Source of the DNA: Azolla caroliniana
Taxonomy: Eukaryota; Plantae; Polypodiophyta
Direction: 5' to 3'
DNA length: 64,000 nucleotides
NCBI GenBank assembly: GCA_043228905.1
Contig: JBHGNT010000018.1
Coordinates: 3,844,001-3,908,000 of the forward strand
The position numbers were made by a program, and so were the translations under genes. The notes beneath the pieces are model-generated. The model did not search any database and was not told where the DNA came from. It saw nothing but the letters and a program-made list of their open reading frames with translations. This document shows, in pieces, positions 35,001-48,400 of the stretch. Position 1 is the first letter of the stretch. Each line of letters opens with the position of its first letter.

Positions 35001-38000
35001 CATGAAGGAACCAATCATGGGAATATCGTATCTCAAGATTTAAGCACCATTTTCAAACAAAGTAAAAACATGAAATAATCCTCATTGTGTGGCATATATG
35101 ACTTCCGAAGGGTTTCATTGGACCTAGTCTACATCAAATATTGATGCCCCAATATGAGTGATCTTAAATGATGGGAAATCAGTATTGCACTACCAACCTA
35201 ATGATGAGCTTATACAAAGAAATATAGGTCGGTATCTTCATGAAATTATTCGTTAAGTCATGGAACATGTTGCTCACTGGGTGTGGTAAAATTCCTTGAT
35301 ATTTAAGTATTGCAAAAACATCTTCATAGTTCAGAACTTAACATATTCTAACCAATTGTATAAGTACAAAATATATGAAGCAGGCATGAAGTGATTAAAC
35401 ACATGTGGTATATAGCTACTTTTTTAAGTTTACGTTCAATGGATTAGAATAATTCATCTGATGATTAATCATCATCAAATCAATGTGGTTAGGTACATTA
35501 TTGGTATGATTTGGTAATTTTTAAGTCATTTATATTGATATGTATGCTTCATGTTTCTCGAGCATGATGTATTTATGGTTAGTTTTGAGTGTCAATGTAT
35601 TATCATTCAATATATTTGCACACAATTCTAGGATTTCATTTGCTCATATTCTTTTGAATTTTAGATAAACATAATCTCCATGAACTTATTTTTGTCTTTC
35701 ATCTTCAATAAGAACATGGCCCATAAAATACAATCTTGAGTGCCATGTGGACATTTATGATTTAATTATGATTGCACATGTTACTCTTGAAGGAATGACA
35801 TATATCATATTGTTTGGTTATTAAATGGTCCATTTTAATTTTAGTTTCCTTAATGAAGAGTCACTTTGTGAATCAACGAAGGCAAAATCTTCAATCCTCT
35901 TTCACCCTTGTTTCATGAATTTGTTGAGTCATAGTCCAGTATTGTCATCCTTCGCTTTTGATTTGTTGATGACATGTTTATTCCTAGCAATTCACTTCAT
36001 TTCACATGTTGATCGAGTATTTGAAAATGTATCTTATTATTGTTGTCTATACAAATGGCACTTACATCAGTTGAGCAACAATGCTACAATGACCATAAGT
36101 TAGCATTTGGAAACATAAATATAAACAAGAAGTTTATGTGATCTTCTTTGAAAGCTTCATAAGGAATGAAGGGGATTTGCCTTTAATTCATTGTTAAACA
36201 AGAAGTTTCAAGAGCTTATGTGTACTAGACAATATATTTTTGACTCTTCTAAAAGCAACATAATTCCTAAGTTGTTCATATTATTATGACAACTTTGATA
36301 CCATCACTCCATGTCAAAAGTAATTAAATCTTCAAAGCTTGTCATGATCTCAATATTGCAAATGTTCTACAATAACTAACTAAATCTGGCTGTTGGTGGT
36401 CCATCTTGGTCCTGCCATGGGTTTTACTATTGGCATTGAAAATTAAGGTAAAGCCATTAAGTGTGGCGCATGACGTGGAATTATTTATAAAGACATAATG
36501 TTGTCATATGTGTGAAATAAATGTTGTATTTACCTATATTGTGCTTCCTTTTACTTTTGGATCAATAATACTATAACAAGACATTATATGCTCTCCACGT
36601 AATGCAATGTATTCACATTATATTGGGTAGGTTGTAAATTGTAATAATCACTATGAATACAAGCAATAAAAGGGATTGTTCGAGGAGTAATACATAATTG
36701 CCAAAATAAAGCTTCAAAATATGTGGTGTTTCATTATTTAACTCTAATTATTGAATATTAAGACACCTTTAACTTTTAAGGGAATCAAGACTCGACCTTG
36801 GAAGAAAGCATAAGAAGGTGAAATTTCCACCTTAAACCTAAGGCCATAGAACAAGGAAGTCTAGTGAAATTTTATATCTTAGACGGTTTCTAAATAGGGA
36901 TGTATGTGCTAGCATGCCATGGATTTGGTTGGATTTATGCATTTGTCAAATCATGCAAGGATGCATTTGTGTTTATACATAGTTGTGCGGTAGTCAGGTC
37001 ACACTTGTTGGAGCTAAGAATGCAAGGCAACAAAAACAATGTTTTCTACTCACTATTGAGGTGTACTATAATTGCATTCCCATTTGAGCGTCAAAGATAT
37101 CTTAGAACATATTAAAATTTTATCATTCAACATAGAAGTCCAGTGATTTAAGTGCACATAACATTCAATCACTCCAAAAAAACATTGCAACATTTTTCTC
37201 GTTTGTTGTCTTTATCACTTCAACGATTACATTATTGGCGAAGTTTTGTTTGAGTTATTGTTGCAGTCTCTTGCTTTGAGGAATATTGATCAAGGCCAAG
37301 TCATTTGATTGATTATTTAAAATAACCGTTCGAATGTACTAGAAATTAATTAATGTAGTTTGGTGTCATTTTATTTGTATTCTAACTTAAACTAACTACG
37401 TTTTATGTCATATCAGTTGAATCGACACATTTGTTTAGTCTTATAAGAAAATAAACATTCTCAATAAGCAAAGACGCCCTATACACCACCACATAAATCA
37501 CATCACTCCAAGACTAAACTGTCTTATCACAAATACATTGCGATGATGAAACTTCATATGGCAAGAGATCTACCCCGACCCGAAATGTGGTTTGCAAGTT
37601 TCCCGATGCGCATATTCTGTCTTAGAGGTATCATAAACCCTATTGATAACAGTATTGCAACTATTGCCCTTTTGAATTTCTTTGAGGAACAAATTTTATA
37701 AAGTATAGATATTATAAACATTATATGTTTTTCACGACATAACAATAGTGTATCTGACTTTAAATGGAGCGCATCAAGATTTGATGAGCTTGAAATCCAA
37801 CTCCTCAATAGATTTTAAATGAGGGCAACATCGATAACCACAAGAATAATAGTTTTCACAATCTGACGCTCTAAATTCTTCATTTTATCATATTTTACAA
37901 TATAACCTTTAAAGTGTTGCATTGAAGACACAAATGTTTTGCAAATGTTGAATATTTGTCATTCTCTAGAGATTGAAGACCAACGCAAATTGCGCTTAAG

Positions 38001-39929
38001 AAATGATATGCGATGTCCTCATGATTATACATAAACAATGGAAATAGATTAGTCTATTATAGATATACACAACATCTATAATATTTTAAAAGGTAAGTGG
38101 AGCACATTGTTGAGAATATCTTTTTAAGGTGGTTCTTAATTATTAATAGTGAACGTAATAGAGACTACAAACTTTTCATTTGAAAAGCACACTTAGCATG
38201 AATGGTTTTTAATAAATCCCATCCATGTAAACAATGACAATTCATGTCGAAGACGCGGCTTTCCAGTGACTGCAATGCAATGATGCATTAGAGAGAGATT
38301 TTCCTAAGGGGAACAAAAGAAACAACTTTTTCGGATGTATCTTTGCATTAGACTCCGTCCAATGCATCTCTTAAAAGGCTTCATGATTGTATTATATAGT
38401 ATTTCTTGGCAATGTTGAATTACATTGAAGGAAAAAGGAAACCATTTTTGGAAAAAAAAAAGAAATACAAGAAAAAGGAAACCATGATCCATCTAAGAGA
38501 ATATAAGCATAGTGGTTTTACTATTTGACGTTTGGAATCAATCTTTTTGTTAATGGGGGAAGAATGTTTCCAAGGTAATGTAGCGAGTGCATGTATAGTA
38601 AAATGTTGATGAATTGGAGCAAGCCTCTGAGTAGCTTGAAAAGATGGCGATTAATAAACATATAAATTGAAAGTAAAAAGCTTGCATGTTTTACATTAGG
38701 ACATTATGAATCACTCTTTTGCCTCGCATATAAACCAAAACACAAATTCAAAAGAGAAAAGTGGACCATTAATATTAAAATAACAAATACCGGCCTTGTT
38801 TTAGACTTTGTAGGTCAATGCACTTCACAACAAAATTAGGCGCATTTAGGTGTATAGGGAGTTAGAACGTTGATTTAGAAACAAGGTTCGCAATGACCAT
38901 TTGTATCGACATTGGATGATTAAATAAGCAAGATAACTTGAAGATATTCGACATTTGATTCTATGTATGTATGTACGTATCTATCTATCTACAAGTATAT
39001 GGATATAACGGCCTTGTGTGAGATAAACGGCAAGCTTTGAAACTTGTCAGGCCTCGATCTATTGATGTTTCAAAGGCAATAATAAGCGAAGAAAGAAAGG
39101 GAATTGAGTAAGTGTGATGGGACATGATCGTGCTTAAAATACGAGGATGCTTAGACTAATGACCATTATTGTGATTTGCCATTAAATCACTAAAAAAAGC
39201 AAAAGCAAAAAAGGCAAAGCACATATGTACATATTTCTTTTCCTTAAAAAGGTTTCTTTATTAAAATTGTCCCCATTTTCCATCTTCTTTTTCACAACTA
39301 TCTTATTTTAAAATGCATTTTTTTTTCTTCTTCTTCTCGTTTTCGTGATTGGCATATACCTACCCTAGGAGTAGGCTATAGAGGCCATCAATACCGTGGT
39401 TTCGCATCCTTACACAAATGACCCCACCCTAGAAGTGGCCCATTGAGGCTATTGATATCTTGGGGTTCAAACCCGTAATCCAATGAGCCTACCCCAGTAG
39501 TGACCTATTTAGGGTATCGAACTTCATGGATTCAAAATCCATAATGCGAAACGACCACTAGCTTTAACCTATTTAAGTTATCGACAGACAGAAGGTCATG
39601 GCTTCGGATTCACATACTTCCTTGCATACATCTTTGTTGCAACCAATACACCATTAGTCTTAATAAATCTTTGCATCGAATGGAACCAAAGTAATGACCA
39701 CCAAGACACCTACTACCTATTCAGGCGATTACACCGACAGGAAGGTCAACCCCGCAGACGAATCCACATATATATTTTCCTTCTCCAAATTGACGGTTCG
39801 ATCATTATTCTAATAATAATATCGCTTCTTTCTGAGACCACATACGGCATCATCCACGCTTCGAACTCACAACCTCGCGGTCTGCAAATGCTTGAAGCAG
39901 CCATCTCATGTCTCTCCCTCTCCCTCATT

Positions 39930-40168
39930 ATGTATATACTGTGTACATATATATATGTACATGGCTTGTATAACTGAGTGCATAATATCTTTGTGTATGT
40001 ACATATGTATATGTATATATATACATAGAATCTGTATGTGTTTGTGTGTGTACATATGTATATACATAGAATCTGTATGTGTTTGTGTGTGTACATACAT
40101 TTGTATGTATATATGTATATACATAGAATCTGTGTGTGTGTGTATGTATGTACATATGTACATATAGA
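39930..40168. repeat. TA/TG-rich minisatellite upstream of the 5-phosphatase gene
   Basis: Three to four copies of ATACATAGAATCTGT..GTGT..GTACATA embedded in dinucleotide runs. Confidence 0.8.
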
Positions 40169-40220
40169 AATTGTGAATTCAATTGATTTGGGTTGCCTTC
40201 ATTTGCAGAGAAAGAGAGTG

Positions 40221-43200
40221 ATGCCTTCATTTGCAGAGAAAGAGAGAGATAGAAGCAAAATGTCGAAGGTAAAGAAATTCATGCTGTTAAATTTATTGCA
40301 TTAGATTTCAATTCAAACAAACAAACTCTGGTTGTGAAACATTTATGTTTTCTTTTTGTGTTTTGTCATGAGATTATTTTTTTGTTTTTTTCTTGTTTGC
40401 AGTTATTGTGGCCACACATGGTAAGGAAGAAATGGTTCAACAACAACAACAAACCAATTGAAGATGAGTTCAGTGCAGATGAAGAGGAGGAAGAGGAAGA
40501 GGAAGAGGAAGATGAAGATGAAGATGAAGATGAAGAGGGAGAGGGAGTTGAAGAGGAAGAATACCCCAAATATTCTCAAGGTAAAACACATTAAAAATAT
40601 AATCGTCTCATGCTCATGAATGAACTGAATAAGAAAATTCAAACGAAACAATCGATTTGGACTATATCTGTCTGTATACATATATAAAATTCGTTATCTT
40701 CAATTTACTTTTCCCCTCTTATTAGGATTTACCTTAAGATGCTGAGATTATGTTGGTAAAGATGTAGACCATTTACCTAAATGCCTGTTGAAGAAAGTTT
40801 TGCAACATGTGAAAAAAAGAAGTCTAAATCATGCTATCTCTCTGTCTAAATCATGTGAAGAAAGTTGAAGTGCTCAATGATGCATCCCATTAGAAAATAA
40901 ACCAAGATCGAGTTTTTGTTTCCTTTTCACTACCATTGGAAATGCCATGTTGATGTTCACAAACACCAGATGAGCTAGGTTATCCATGTAACCTGCCAAA
41001 TAAGAGAAAACTTCTCTCCTCTGACATGTAAAAGAAGTATTGCTTTAGAAATTTCTTTAGAGAGCTAAAAACATAGAATTTTTTTTTTTCATGTTGCATT
41101 CCTGTAGGATTCTATACTATATGTTTATGTAGAGAGTGAGTGAGTTCACAAAATCGATATATGCAGAAGGAAAACAAGCGTAACTCCTTTTCTCTAACAT
41201 ATAGTATATAATATATACATACATACATACATACATACATACATACATACATACATACATACATACATACATTTAATATATATAATTTGATGCGTGCAGA
41301 TAAACCATTAAGAAAAAACTATTTGCCCGTGAGAAGAGGGCAATCCGCAACATTGAAAAGGGAGTACACCCATAAGGAGGAATTCCTGTATGCAAACATC
41401 TTATTCTATATTTATTCTAAACCTATATTTTCGTACTGATTCTAATGAATTTGCATGGAATGTTTCTATTGCAGGATAGGTGTTGGCACATGGAATGTTG
41501 GAGGAAGAGAACCACCGACACAACTAGAATTGCAAGACTGGCTTCAAATGAATAATCCTGCTGATATCTATGTACTCGGGTAGGATATCTATATCTATCT
41601 ATCTATCTATAGATACATCCATACATACATACATATACATTCTTTCATTCTTTTTATGTAACAATGTTGGGCCTTTGGTTATATTATAAGCATATATAGT
41701 ATATTGTGTAGGGATAAATGAAGGATTGGAATCCCTTTTTTCTTTACTCATTTTGTACTTGAAGAGAAGGGTTTTATGTGTTAAAGAGGCTGTTAATATA
41801 TTGGATAGGCCAACAATGCATTTTATTTATGAGGAATTGACATATAAGGGCTTCTTGGTCATACACCTTGGAAACATACATGAATGTTATGCTAATGAAT
41901 ACTCATCCTTATGTTCACAGTTTCCAGGAAATTGTTCCCTTGAATGCAAGCAATATCTTTGTTAATGAAGACAATGGTCCGACAGTGCAATGGCAAGCAC
42001 TCATCCGGGAAACTTTAAATAAGTCAAGATTGAAGGACCATATGACTTCTTATAGTGCCCCCCCTTCACCATCGAGACATATCAAATCCGAGATATACGA
42101 TATATTTGTCGGAAATGGAAAGAGTGGTGCGGAACACATCCTGATTGATGAAGAAACTAGCTATGTGGAGGTAGATAATGCCCCTCTAGAATCAAAAAGA
42201 ATGGAGGGTTATCAAGATATGAGTCTTGGAAAGCCAAATTTAGTGGAATTTTATAGATGCACTGAGCGAATTGGTGTACAACATCAAAAGAAGAGTGAAA
42301 ATGAAGCGACCATGGATTGGCTCTCTTTGTGTGATCGCCCACATGATTCTGTGTTGATCAATGATGATGCAAGGGCTTGTGGATTTTCATTTTCATCAAC
42401 ATCTAGGGTTCTGCCGATCCACCCTAATCCTATCAAGAAGAGGGGACGCTATGTCCGAGTTGCTAGCAAACAAATGGTCGGGATACACATCTCAGTATGG
42501 GTTCGAAGGAAGTTGCATCGGTTCATACACAATCTGACAGTCTCATCTGTTGGCCTTGGCATAATGGGCTGTATGGGAAATAAGGTATCCATCTCTCTAT
42601 CTCTGTATGTGTCTCTTATGTATCATCACTGGTATGTGCTAACAATGTTGGAACAAATCACTGTCTTTTTTTGTTTTGGGTAATGGTAATATGGGTTTTA
42701 TTAGGGATTGAATATTGGAACTAGAATTGAAGTTTTCATCTTTATTTAGCAATGATGCAAACCTCTTAGTTGCCCTCATAGGTCATTGTGGCCTTTAGTA
42801 GACATCATTTCTCTCTATCTTCATCTGTGTCTCTTATGTATCATCACTGGCATGTGCTAACAATGTTGGAACAAATCACCCTGTTTTTTTGTTTTTGATA
42901 ATGGTAATATGGGTTTTATTAGGGGTGGATTATTGTAACTAACAATCGGCAACGGTTCGGTTCGGTTTGAGAGGGTCAAAACCGAACCATGAATTTTTTT
43001 TGAAACCTGAACCGAACCACGAAACCGTTAAAACCACGGTTTTGTGATTCGGTTTTGGTTTTCAGCTTAGGTCAAATTTTAAAATTTTAAAATTTTAAAG
43101 ATGTTCCTAAAATGTGAGAATAAGTTCTAAAAATGAAAAGATTGTTTAAAAACAAAATTTTTTAATTTAAAATTTTCTTTTTACAAATTTTATAAAATTT

Positions 43201-45482
43201 AAAAAATAAAAAACTGTTAAACCGTTTAAACTGTGGTTTCTAACGGTTGAAACCGAACCAAACCATTTAAACCATTAAGCCGTTAAGCCGAGGTTTCGCG
43301 TTGCCAATTGTTAATTGCAACTAGCATTGAGTTTATAATGAATGAGGTAAACCTCTTTGTTGCCCTCATAGATCATTTTGGCCTTTAATAGATGTTAATA
43401 CAGCTTTCATTCCCTCTTTGTGGCATGTCTAAATACTGCTCTCATGTATTGTATGTTGTATACTGTGTTTAACATCTCTTTTTAATAGTCTTGTTTAGCA
43501 CTGGTGTAGCTTTTTCATCTTCTCATTAGAGTAGTTTGTGGGGTCAATTCCAGCTCATAGAGCTTTGGAGGTAACATCATACGAAATCATGAATGTAAAA
43601 TTCCTGGCTCTCATAGGACATGCTATACATATTGCATTTTATTTTTATGTTAAAAACAAATAAGATATGGGGTATAGATTCCACGTAGTGAAAAATCAAC
43701 TTGTGGATCCCAGGGTTCTGTCTCTGTGAGTATGGTGCTTCATGAGACCAGCTTCTGTTTTGTGTGCACTCATCTAACATCTGGAGACAAGGAAGGTGAT
43801 GAACTACGAAGGAATGCGGATGTTAAGGAAATATTAAAACGTACACGATTCTCATCATCCAAAGCAGATCATACAGCTTTTCCAAAAACCATATGGGAGC
43901 ATGAGTATGTTGAAATAGCCTCATTTCTTATATTTCTTCTAGGTTCTGATTGAAGGAAATCATATTTGTGATCTGACATATGCTGCATCTTGAATGGGAC
44001 ATTTGCATATAGAAGAGCATGATTATGGATATATCGTACCACACTCCTAACAAGCATTTATATATTGTGGAGATCTATTCCCCTAACTATATTATTAGGG
44101 GGGTTGATGTAAGTGTTGAGTAGGCATATTAGCTATTGGATGGCTTTTGTTTGCCCGCAGTCAAGACGGATATGGCCTCAACATAGACCTTCGGCCATTT
44201 GTAGCTTTAACTTATCCCCAATAATGTATAGCTAAGTGTATGCTCATGACAGTATCTATCTTCTTATTGAATTTATTCATCCATGCATGAACTAGTAATT
44301 TGTGTCATAGCGGTTAAAAATCTTCTTTCCTTCGTCAATTTGACAGCCAGATATTCTTTCTCGGAGATCTGAACTACCGACTCAACCTTTCAGACAGCGA
44401 AACACGGTTTCTCATAGCAAGAGAGGATTGGACAGCCCTTTTCCTGAAGGATCAGGCAAGTGGGTTAGCATGAATACTTGCTTGGGGATAAAACTAGTAT
44501 GTTTGATAATACCTAAAGAACACTTTTAAGATAGCTTTTTCCTTTAGCTCGGAATCAATGTGTAGAGTTAAAAGTACAAGGCCAGATTCTATTTGAGTTC
44601 ATCTATCAATTTTATTTAATCGTTAGAGTAGCTAAATAAGCAACAAAAGTGTTCCAGATATCTGACATGTGATGTATGCCATTTTGTTTTTGTTTCTCTA
44701 TTGCAGCTCAAAAACGAAATGAGGAAAGGTGGAACATTTGATGGATGGTTTGAAGGTCCCATAGATTTCCCCCCAACATACAAATATGAGGTCGATTCTA
44801 ATCAATATGCTGGACAACATGCAAAACCTGGAGATAAGCGGCGTTCACCAGCCTGGTATGCGCTTGACTGAAAGATGTTTCTTTCATTCCAGTATATCTG
44901 TTATTGTTTCCATGTTTCACTTCTAGCCCAGACAAAATGTGAAGCTATACATAAATTGTTGCTACTTTTAACCGTTAAAATGTCATGAACAGTCTTAGGA
45001 GGATGTTTCCAATATGTGAAGCTATCCATTAATTGTTGCTACTTTTTAACCCTTAAATGTTATGAACAGTTGGTATAATCAGTATCACGTTCTAAATACT
45101 TTTATTACACCACTAACTTTATATGATATTTTGTGTTTGAAGATGGAATAGTTACGAGTAGCTCATATCACATTGTGATTATATATAAATAATCTCTCTT
45201 TTATCTCAAAGATTGAACTCAGATCCCTGAAAGTTGAGCAGGTGTGATCGCATACTATGGCATGGTAAAGGACTACAACAACTATTGTATAAGCGCGAGG
45301 AACTTTTTGTGTCGGATCACAGACCTGTTATTGCTGTTTTTCTATCTGAAGTCGAAGTTTTCTCTGAAAACAAGATCACCAGAAGTATTTACCTTTTCAA
45401 GAATGCAAAAGTAGAGATTGAAGAACTCCTATTTCAGACCCACAATCACATCCTTCCTCGGAAAGCTCTTTTTGAAGAATGA
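40221..45482 (+). CDS. Type I inositol polyphosphate 5-phosphatase (CVP2/IP5P family), 9 coding exons, about 590 aa
   Basis: Exons 40221-40268, 40403-40580, 41300-41387, 41475-41579, 41921-42584, 43714-43904, 44347-44455, 44707-44855 and 45242-45482 are phase-compatible. Motifs: GTWNVGG, DIYVLGFQEIVPLNA, SKQMVGI, MGNKGSVS, FCFVCTHL, GDLNYR, PPTYKY, PAWCDRILW, SDHRPV. The start codon (40221 or 40260) is less certain. Confidence 0.93.
41216..41272. repeat. (TACA)n microsatellite in intron 2
   Basis: Seen directly. Confidence 0.9.
42940..43313. mobile_element. Non-autonomous hAT-type MITE (374 bp) in intron 5
   Basis: 15-bp TIRs TAACAATCGGCAACG and CGTTGCCAATTGTTA (one mismatch). 8-bp TSD ATTGTAAC at 42932-42939 and ATTGCAAC at 43314-43321. 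Many subterminal AACCG/CGGTT motifs around an AT-rich core. Confidence 0.88.
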
Positions 45483-48400
45483 GATATCACCATATGATTC
45501 AAAGGCATGTATCACTTGTGTGCCTTTTGTTTTGAAATTGTTTGAATTTTTTTGAATATAGGAGCTTATTTCCTAGTCGTAGAGTATCTTTATATGTTTA
45601 CCTCTTGATCAAAATGCATGTATCCACTTGTATACGATTTTAATCTTTTTGGATTAAGAGCTTATTTTCGAATCATAAAAATACCCATATATGGCAGAGG
45701 TTGAATCTATATATCCTTGCTCCTTTTTGAGCAAATTTGCATGTACCCACTTTTCTGTTCTTTTTCTGACATTTTGAAGTATAAGAGAAAACACACTCTA
45801 TGGTAGGATTGATATCATATATCCATAACTCCTTATCAAGCAAAATTTTGAAGTCAAAACAGATTTGTAAATTTTCAGATATACCAGTCATTGCTCCCAT
45901 AGATTATTTCTCGGATCTTAAACTTGAAGATTAATTAAGAAGTACCTGTACAAATAACATATCATTTTTCTTCCCGGACAATGGATTTACAAAGGACTCA
46001 AATCAGTCCCAACCACATTTACAATTAATATTTGTAAGTATATAGCTGTAAGTTATTCTCTTCTTTCTTAGAAATAAATTAATTTAGTAAGGTTTCTTCA
46101 GTCACTTGTTTAGGATTTCATATTTAATTTTCACAGGGGCCAAGTTTTGCAAGAGCTACTCTAACCTACTCTTATTAAATGATTACAAACCTCATGGTTT
46201 CTACAACAAAGCCAGGTATTATGTTTTACATGTAAATAAATGCAATCAAAGTTTCAATGTGTGTACCTATCTATATTGTGGTGTATAATGTCAACCATAT
46301 TTCTATTTTTGCTACTTGTTTTTGAAACACTAGATTTGAGGGATGATTAGGAGCCCCATTTCTTCTTAGAATGGTGATCTGAAGTGTGTTTTTAATAGTC
46401 TAATACCTTTTTTTACCATCTCTGAACCCGAAAACTAAGCCCACAACTTTGATAAGTAGAAATTACAGTAATGAAGTGGTAATCATAGGTTTATTATTAT
46501 CCCAAATAAAAACATGCAGTAAATGTTTAAAAAAGCATAAACATTTCCTCAAACTCTGTATATTTGGATTCTTCTTACCGAGCTTATATATTGAATGATA
46601 ATACAATATGATAGACAAACCATTCATTTCACCAATGAAAAAAAGAGAAAGCAATCTTAAACTAATTTTCGCCACATGTTTGTGAGATTGAGTGAGATGT
46701 GCTTTCATTTGTTCTAGATTTGAGGTGCTCATGTCTCTTTATCTCTTGATTTTTACATTTTTCTCTCACATGGGTTTAAGATTTAGGGCTCTCGAGTCTA
46801 GGGTTTAGAGTAACGATTCATGCACCATAGATATATAGCATTTCCAGAATAAAATAATCGCACATGTTAACTGAAATGTATTTAATATAAAACAACTAAC
46901 CTTGAAATGTAGTTCTCCTTTTTAAAGAGCTACTTGTTAAAATGGAAAAATTAAATAGATTCTTTCTAGAAAACCAAGCATTTGAAATTCATTGGTGATG
47001 AAGGAATTGAATTATCATGATAGCTGGATAAAAATGAATGTTTTCAATTTTAATTTGTATCCCTCTTGAGTCTTATATCAGCCAAAGCAGTGATACCATC
47101 AACCTTCTCGATTGAATGGGATTATTTTTTCTCATATATAAGCCTGGGAAATATTAAGCCTTTCCATGCTATCTCTAAGCCTGACTCGTCTTCTTCTTCT
47201 ATAGATTCGTCCTTAGTAGGTTCCCCATATGTAAGTGCTAATATCAGCCATGAAGATTAGTGGATTCCACAAAAGTTATAAACAAGCAGGAGAAAGAACG
47301 AAACAAAAGTCAATGCATGATAAAAATGTTTTGAACTTTTTTATTCACTCTGTGTGATAGTTTGATTGTTCCATAAACTCTCAAGGTCTATAGGTCAACC
47401 ATCCTGTTAGAATCAAGATAAAAATCTAAATATGCTTAAAATCTTACCAACATATTTAATGGGTATAGGCTAGTTTTGCGATATTAGGACATCGAATTAT
47501 TAAATAAGAGGGTTTTCTTTCAAATCAAAATGATTTCCAGGGGCATTTAGTGTTGGAATATGCTTTTTTGTAATAAAAATTTCAATTTCTTCAAAAGATT
47601 GCAAGAGTAATCAGACTATTTGCCAGGCATTCTCTTTGTTGACATAGATTGTGTTAATATATTCCTGGTTCCTCATGCTTTATTTCATGTCAATCCCATG
47701 CACCACCTTAAGGTTTTCTGTAATATAACTTGGATTTTTCCATTTCTGCTCTCACATAGACTGTGGTCTAAGTTGATGCTGTTTCAGCCTTGATACCAAA
47801 ACATTGGGCATTAGTTTTTTGACACTTACTGTGAAGTAACAATAACTCGTGTGATTGATAAAATATCCCATTTTGTTTGTTAACATGTACCTTAGCCAAT
47901 GTTTGTGTGGTGGTGGTCCAAGGCTACATGACCTGCATTTGGGGTTTCTTTTAGTGCTTTTAAGATCCTATGGTCAACATGACATTCTGTACATGAACTT
48001 CCATTTGTGGGTTTTTCACCTCATGCTGCGATTTCACTAGTAATATGAGTTATTTCAAATAAAATGATACTGGCCCTTGGAAATGGCATAATATTGTGCT
48101 TCGCCCCTTGTTGATATGACTTAATGCATGTCAAAATTGAGCATTATCAGATCTTGAATAATTAAGTGTTTCAAATATGACCAAAAATTCTTTTTTTTCT
48201 ATGCAAAAAAAACCTTGAATGCTTGGATATTTCGAAATATTGACCCGTCAAAACAAATTTAAAAAATACCTTGCTGTCATGATTTACCGTGTAATGCTTT
48301 CAAATGAAATGGCTTCATAATGGTATACTAAAGAGAACTCCATTTTGGTTTCTAGATCCACTGACCAATGGGTGACAACAATTAGATGGTCTTGTTGCAA

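Noticed and set aside
34346-35350. Possible decayed DNA-transposon coding sequence
   Set aside because: Looks coding-like in patches, but I could not identify a diagnostic transposase motif.
39746-40304. Tyr/Ile/Cys/Val-rich ORFs
   Set aside because: Translations of TA/TG microsatellites.
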